Part shown: positions 27,384 through 31,319 of the stretch, one piece after another
Position numbering within the stretch: the stretch's first letter is position 1
Layout of the letters: every line of letters begins with the position of its first letter
Assembly: GCA_947464515.1 (NCBI GenBank)
Contig: CANHXF010000001.1
Coordinates: forward strand, 1-31,319
Origin: Flavobacteriales bacterium
GTDB lineage: Bacteria > Bacteroidota > Bacteroidia > NS11-12g > UBA955
Direction: 5' to 3'
DNA length: 31,319 bases
Position numbers and translations under genes: made by a program
Notes under the pieces: model-generated
Databases searched by the model: none
Told to the model about the DNA's origin: nothing
Seen by the model: only the letters and a program-made list of their open reading frames with translations

Positions 27384-27384
27384 C

Positions 27385-27417
27385 AAAAAGCCTCAAAGAA
27401 ATTTGGGGCTTTTTTTA
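27385..27417 (+). terminator. Intrinsic terminator after tRNA-Val
   Basis: AAAAAGCCTCAAA-GAAA-TTTGGGGCTTTTT followed by a T run. Confidence 0.8.
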
Positions 27418-27475
27418 TGCTTAAATAGCACATCGAGCGAATGCTCAAATGCTCAATTCTATTTTATTGCGTTAA

Positions 27476-27542
27476 TCCGTAAAACCAACGACTCCGATTT
27501 GCGGTTTTCCGTAATGTTATTCTTAAATAGAGAGTAAGTTCG
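27476..27542 (+). promoter_or_regulatory. Shared operator/promoter, copy 1 (upstream of 27547..27990)
   Basis: TCCGTAAAA-N13-TTTGCGGTTTTCCGTAAT-N19-TAAGTTCG; same architecture as copy 2. Confidence 0.65.
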
Positions 27543-27546
27543 TCTC

Positions 27547-27990
27547 ATGAGAACGATAATAATTCTTATCGCGCTGTTCGTCATAGCCAATACAAGCAGC
27601 GCTCAAACTATTCTTGGTATTTCTCCTCGTTATAATTACTTGGATTTTAGTGAGAACACCTCTGATGTTGAGATAGCGACAGGCGATTTAGAGCGTTTTT
27701 GTATCATTATTGATGATTCAATTAAGCTTAAAGTTGTAGGACGTCCAACTGCGCACAGATGTATAATTAACAATGTACCCAAGGGTCGCCACACTGTTGT
27801 TGTAGTTAAATATCTAGGGTGGTCAAATAGGGAGAGTTACAAACATGAGTTTACTTTTCTGTCGACCGGAAATAGAGAGCAAATTGAACTTAAATTGCCT
27901 GTGCCGAGGTATGACTCAAATTACAATACTCTACAAATAGTTGTAGCATCGATAGGTGTATTAACCTATTTGATCAGGCTTGGTTTTTAA
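27547..27990 (+). CDS. Hypothetical exported protein with C-terminal membrane anchor
   Basis: Signal peptide MRTIIILIALFVIANTSSA, beta-rich core (VPKGRHTVVVV, PEGA/Ig-like appearance), hydrophobic C-terminus LQIVVASIGVLTYLIRLGF. Confidence 0.65.
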   Translation: MRTIIILIALFVIANTSSAQTILGISPRYNYLDFSENTSDVEIATGDLERFCIIIDDSIKLKVVGRPTAHRCIINNVPKGRHTVVVVKYLGWSNRESYKHEFTFLSTGNREQIELKLPVPRYDSNYNTLQIVVASIGVLTYLIRLGF

Positions 27991-27998
27991 TCGAAGAA

Positions 27999-29093
27999 TC
28001 ACGCCACCTTTACACCCAATTTGTGTAACTGCCCGTAATGACTCATCAGGGCATCAAAAAATGTGCGGTGAGACTTGTAAGGAAGGTCGAATTCGGCGCA
28101 GGTTTGTCTTACGATTTTAGAGATTTCTGGGTAATGAACATGACAAACGGTTGGGAATAGGTGGTGTTCAATTTGATAATTCAACCCGCCAAAACACCAC
28201 GTAATAAAAGGGCTTTTTTCCGAGAAGTTAGCAGTAGTTATTACTTGATGCACAGCCCAACTGTTTTCCATGTTTCCGTCGTTGTCTGTCGACATAAAAT
28301 ACTGCATGTCATCGCCAACGTGTGCCGGTTGCGTCGCCAAAGCAAGAATAATCCCACTGATGAAATGGTGCATGAAGAACCCTGCCAATGTATGTCCATA
28401 GCCAAAGTGCGATGCATAAATTGGAAGCATCAAGGTGGTGGGCCAATACAATACTTTAATTACAATGATTTCAAGAAGTGCTTTTCTGTTGCTCCGGCCC
28501 ATTCGCTCATACAAATTTTGTTTGCTAAAGCGGGCATACTGGTCAAAATCTTTGCTCACGATCCAAACAAAGGGGAAAATCATATATAAAATTGAAATGT
28601 AAAAAGCTTGGAACTTATGAAATGCCTTGTAAGGGTGCTTTGGCGTGAATCGAATGATTGTTTTGCGAATGTCCTCATCGTAGCCAACAATATTCGTATA
28701 CGTATGATGAAAAACGTTGTGCTGGATTTTCCAATTGATATTATAAGCGCCCACTAAATTCAAGGTTCCGCCCATCATATCGTTGACCCATTTCTTTGAG
28801 GAGTAGGCGCCGTGATTGGCATCGTGCATAATGGTAAGCCCAATTCCAACCATCCCCAATCCCGCAATTGCCCAAAGACCATATTGCATGCCAACGCTAG
28901 ATACATCGCCAAAAATTAAATAGGAAAGGGGGATGAAGTAAAGCAATAGGATGAGCACAGACTTGAATTTCATTGCGAAGTTCGCATATCGACTCTTTTT
29001 GTTTTCCAGGAAATAATCGTTGACGCGTTTCGTGACTATTTTGAAAAATTCAGGATTCTGTTTTTGGTTGAAAACCACTTTGGGCCGTTCCAT
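27999..29093 (-). CDS. Membrane fatty-acid (acyl-CoA/acyl-lipid) desaturase
   Basis: Three His boxes HDANHG, HNVFHHTY and QIEHHLF; transmembrane segments. Confidence 0.93.
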   Translation of the reverse strand: MERPKVVFNQKQNPEFFKIVTKRVNDYFLENKKSRYANFAMKFKSVLILLLYFIPLSYLIFGDVSSVGMQYGLWAIAGLGMVGIGLTIMHDANHGAYSSKKWVNDMMGGTLNLVGAYNINWKIQHNVFHHTYTNIVGYDEDIRKTIIRFTPKHPYKAFHKFQAFYISILYMIFPFVWIVSKDFDQYARFSKQNLYERMGRSNRKALLEIIVIKVLYWPTTLMLPIYASHFGYGHTLAGFFMHHFISGIILALATQPAHVGDDMQYFMSTDNDGNMENSWAVHQVITTANFSEKSPFITWCFGGLNYQIEHHLFPTVCHVHYPEISKIVRQTCAEFDLPYKSHRTFFDALMSHYGQLHKLGVKVA

Positions 29094-29105
29094 GTTTTAT
29101 ACATT

Positions 29106-29173
29106 CAAACTTATTGTTGATCGGTCTCATTGTATTACGGAAAATCGCAAAACACCCCCACTCATTTTACGGA
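29106..29173 (-). promoter_or_regulatory. Shared operator/promoter, copy 2 (upstream of the desaturase)
   Basis: Minus strand TCCGTAAAA-N13-TTTGCGATTTTCCGTAAT-N20-TAAGTTTG. Confidence 0.65.
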
Positions 29174-29240
29174 ATTCTGCAACTATAATTTGTCGATTAA
29201 ATGTTGGTGAGGGTTTCTTTAGTTTGGATAACTTCGCAAT

Positions 29241-30308
29241 ATGAGAGACGAATCAAAAGCCTTTTTAGAAAAATACCTGAATAACGTCAGCCCAACGGGG
29301 TTTGAACACTCCGGCCAATCAATTTGGTTGGATTATCTGAAGCCTTACATTCAAGAAACCATCATCGATACTTATGGCACGGCAGTGGGTGTAATCAACC
29401 CAGGTCAGCCCTATAAAGTTGTTTTAGAGGCTCACGCCGATGAGATTTCTTGGTTTGTGAATTATATCACCGACGATGGCTATCTCTACGTAATCAGAAA
29501 TGGTGGTTCCGACTTTCAAATTGCCCCTTCGATGCGATGCAATGTCCATTGTGAAGGCGGTCAAATCGTGAAAGGTGTCTTCGGATGGCCTGCAATCCAC
29601 GTTCGTACCGATAAAAACCCAGAAGCGAAACAAGAGAATATCTTCATTGATCTTGGATGTTCCACAAAAGCCGAGGTAGAGGCGCTGGGTGTGCACGTGG
29701 GCGCTGTCGCTGTATTTGAAGCCGATTGTTTTTGGTTGAATGAGAACTTCTTGGTGGGTAGGGCACTCGACAATCGCATGGGTGGTTTTATGATCGCCGA
29801 AGTTGCTCGAATTTTATCTGAAAAGGGCGATAAATTGCCATTTACCTTGTATTTGGTGAATAGTGTTCAGGAGGAAATTGGTTTGCGTGGGGCGGAGATG
29901 ATATCAAGACGACTTCAGCCAGACGTAGCGATAATCACCGATGTAACCCACGATACGCATTCTCCGTTATACAATAAAAAGATACAAGGCGATTGCAAAT
30001 GCGGTAAAGGTGCGGTGGTGACATACGGGCCAGCGGTCCAGAACAACCTTTTGCAACATATCATTGGTGTGGCCAAAGAAAAAGAAATCGCTATCCAGCG
30101 CAATGCTGTAAGTCGCAGTACAGGGACTGATACAGATTCATTCGCATATTCAGGAATGGGCGTGGCATCTGCCTTGATTTCTTTGCCTTTGAAGTATATG
30201 CACACCACCGTTGAAACCGTGCACGAATCAGATGTGGAGAGCTGCATCCAATTGATGTACCATTCTGTGATGTCGTTGCAAGCCGGACAACAATTTAACT
30301 ACCTGTAA
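29241..30308 (+). CDS. M42 family metallo-aminopeptidase
   Basis: Metal ligands in EAHADEI, ALDNR, VQEEIGLRGA, DVTHD and YMHT; RSTGTDTD. Confidence 0.92.
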   Translation: MRDESKAFLEKYLNNVSPTGFEHSGQSIWLDYLKPYIQETIIDTYGTAVGVINPGQPYKVVLEAHADEISWFVNYITDDGYLYVIRNGGSDFQIAPSMRCNVHCEGGQIVKGVFGWPAIHVRTDKNPEAKQENIFIDLGCSTKAEVEALGVHVGAVAVFEADCFWLNENFLVGRALDNRMGGFMIAEVARILSEKGDKLPFTLYLVNSVQEEIGLRGAEMISRRLQPDVAIITDVTHDTHSPLYNKKIQGDCKCGKGAVVTYGPAVQNNLLQHIIGVAKEKEIAIQRNAVSRSTGTDTDSFAYSGMGVASALISLPLKYMHTTVETVHESDVESCIQLMYHSVMSLQAGQQFNYL

Positions 30309-30311
30309 GTC

Positions 30312-31211
30312 ATGCAGCTGCAAACCATGAAGCGAGTTCCGGTCCCAAAAGGGAGCACTGCCTTTACGTATTTGGCTTGGCCATGGTTGAAGTTGATTTC
30401 CTTATTGCCATTTTGGATGTTGTATGGGATCTCAAACGGGATGAGATTTTTGCTCTACCATGTGTTTGGGTATCGGGTTAAAGTCGTTCGGGACAACCTA
30501 AAAAACAGTTTCCCAGAGCTATCGGACAGCGACAGAAAAACGATCGAAAAGAAGTACTATAGCCATTTATCGGATTTATTCGTTGAAACCATAAAGGGTA
30601 TGTCGATTTCTGAAAAACAGATGCGTGAAAGGATGTTGAATATCGACCAACATGAGTTCGATAATTTGCATAAAGAAGGCAAAAGCGCAATCATCGTAAT
30701 GAGTCATTGTGGCAACTGGGAATGGATCTGTTTGATGTCGCAAATCGTTTGCCCGCAAAGGGTTCAGTGCCTGTATAAAACGCTTAGTAACCCCGGGTTC
30801 GACCGTTTGATGTTTTTGGTTCGATCTAAGTTTGGCGCGAGTCCGATCCCGATGGAGCTGACGTTAAGGGTTTTGGATGCCAATAAAGAAGTAGTGACGG
30901 TAAACGCATTTATCGGCGATCAAAATCCGAGCTCCGGAAAAGGTGCGGCTTGGGTGGATTTTTTGGGTCAGGATACTGCCTTTATGATGGGAGCTGAGAA
31001 AATCGCAAGGAAATTGGATTGGCCGGTTTATTACTTGAGTTCCTCAAAGGTTAAAAGAGGGTATTATCAAGCGAATACGGTTCCGATTTGCTTGGATCCT
31101 AAGTCGACCAAAGACGGGGAAATCACCCAGTTGATCGCCAACCATACGGAGAAAGAAATCCTTTATCAACCCACTATTTCGTTGTGGAGTCATCGAGGTT
31201 GGAAGCACTAG
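30312..31211 (+). CDS. Lipid A late acyltransferase / lysophospholipid acyltransferase (LpxL/HtrB family)
   Basis: HCGNWE catalytic motif, R.KFG, GDQNP, VDFLGQDT, W.HRGWK C-terminus. Confidence 0.88.
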   Translation: MQLQTMKRVPVPKGSTAFTYLAWPWLKLISLLPFWMLYGISNGMRFLLYHVFGYRVKVVRDNLKNSFPELSDSDRKTIEKKYYSHLSDLFVETIKGMSISEKQMRERMLNIDQHEFDNLHKEGKSAIIVMSHCGNWEWICLMSQIVCPQRVQCLYKTLSNPGFDRLMFLVRSKFGASPIPMELTLRVLDANKEVVTVNAFIGDQNPSSGKGAAWVDFLGQDTAFMMGAEKIARKLDWPVYYLSSSKVKRGYYQANTVPICLDPKSTKDGEITQLIANHTEKEILYQPTISLWSHRGWKH

Positions 31212-31283
31212 CGAAATGCTTCTTACTATTCAATTTAAAGTTTAATTGACTATATTTAATAGTCTGAATTTTAATGGGTTGAA

Positions 31284-31319
31284 TTATTTTAAAAACGCAT
31301 CAACAATCTCTTCTTTCAG
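31284..31319 (-). CDS. Probable 3' end of a convergent gene entering from beyond the window
   Basis: The minus-strand frame reads LKEEIVDAFLK-stop from the window edge; only 12 codons are visible. Confidence 0.3.
   Translation of the reverse strand: MKEEIVDAFLK

Noticed and set aside
27441-27456. Tandem octamer ATGCTCAA x2
   Set aside because: Only two units; no spacers, so not a CRISPR array; no function inferable.
27309-27546. tRNA-Val as an integration site with a duplicated 3' end
   Set aside because: I found no copy of the tRNA 3' end elsewhere in the window beyond an insignificant 8-mer (AACTCCCA near 10078).
27473-29176. Reading the shared motif as terminal inverted repeats of a transposon or MITE
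   Set aside because: Identity is discontinuous with a divergent 13-nt middle, there is no target-site duplication or transposase, and each copy is correctly spaced to a -7 box, which favours a regulatory reading.

Overview
Chromosomal window from an aerobic member of the Bacteroidota, judged from type IX secretion (T9SS) C-terminal domains, TAnnTT(T/C)G -7 promoter boxes and Bacteroidota-type NuoI/ArsR sequences. Core genes from left to right: a 5'-truncated GT4 glycosyltransferase, a VPS10/BNR beta-propeller protein, the membrane pyrophosphatase hppA, nuoIJKLMN, serC-serA-DUF1015, an ArsR regulator, a nitroreductase, tRNA-Val(TAC), a fatty-acid desaturase, an M42 peptidase and an LpxL-type acyltransferase. 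An AT-richer accessory segment (~4.4-10.0 kb) encodes orphan surface or outer-membrane proteins. I saw no integrase, transposase or CRISPR array. The five strongest leads are: (1) a shared bipartite operator-plus-promoter upstream of both the desaturase and its convergent orphan membrane-protein neighbour, suggesting a two-gene regulon; (2) a T9SS-secreted gingipain-fold protein whose His/Cys dyad appears replaced by Cys/Ser; (3) a 113-aa tail with 15 Cys and 8 Met on hppA; (4) a 24/26-bp direct repeat of hppA tail sequence bracketing a lipoprotein pair; (5) a split complex I operon led by an OmpA-domain gene. All family calls come from motif recognition by eye, with no database searches.
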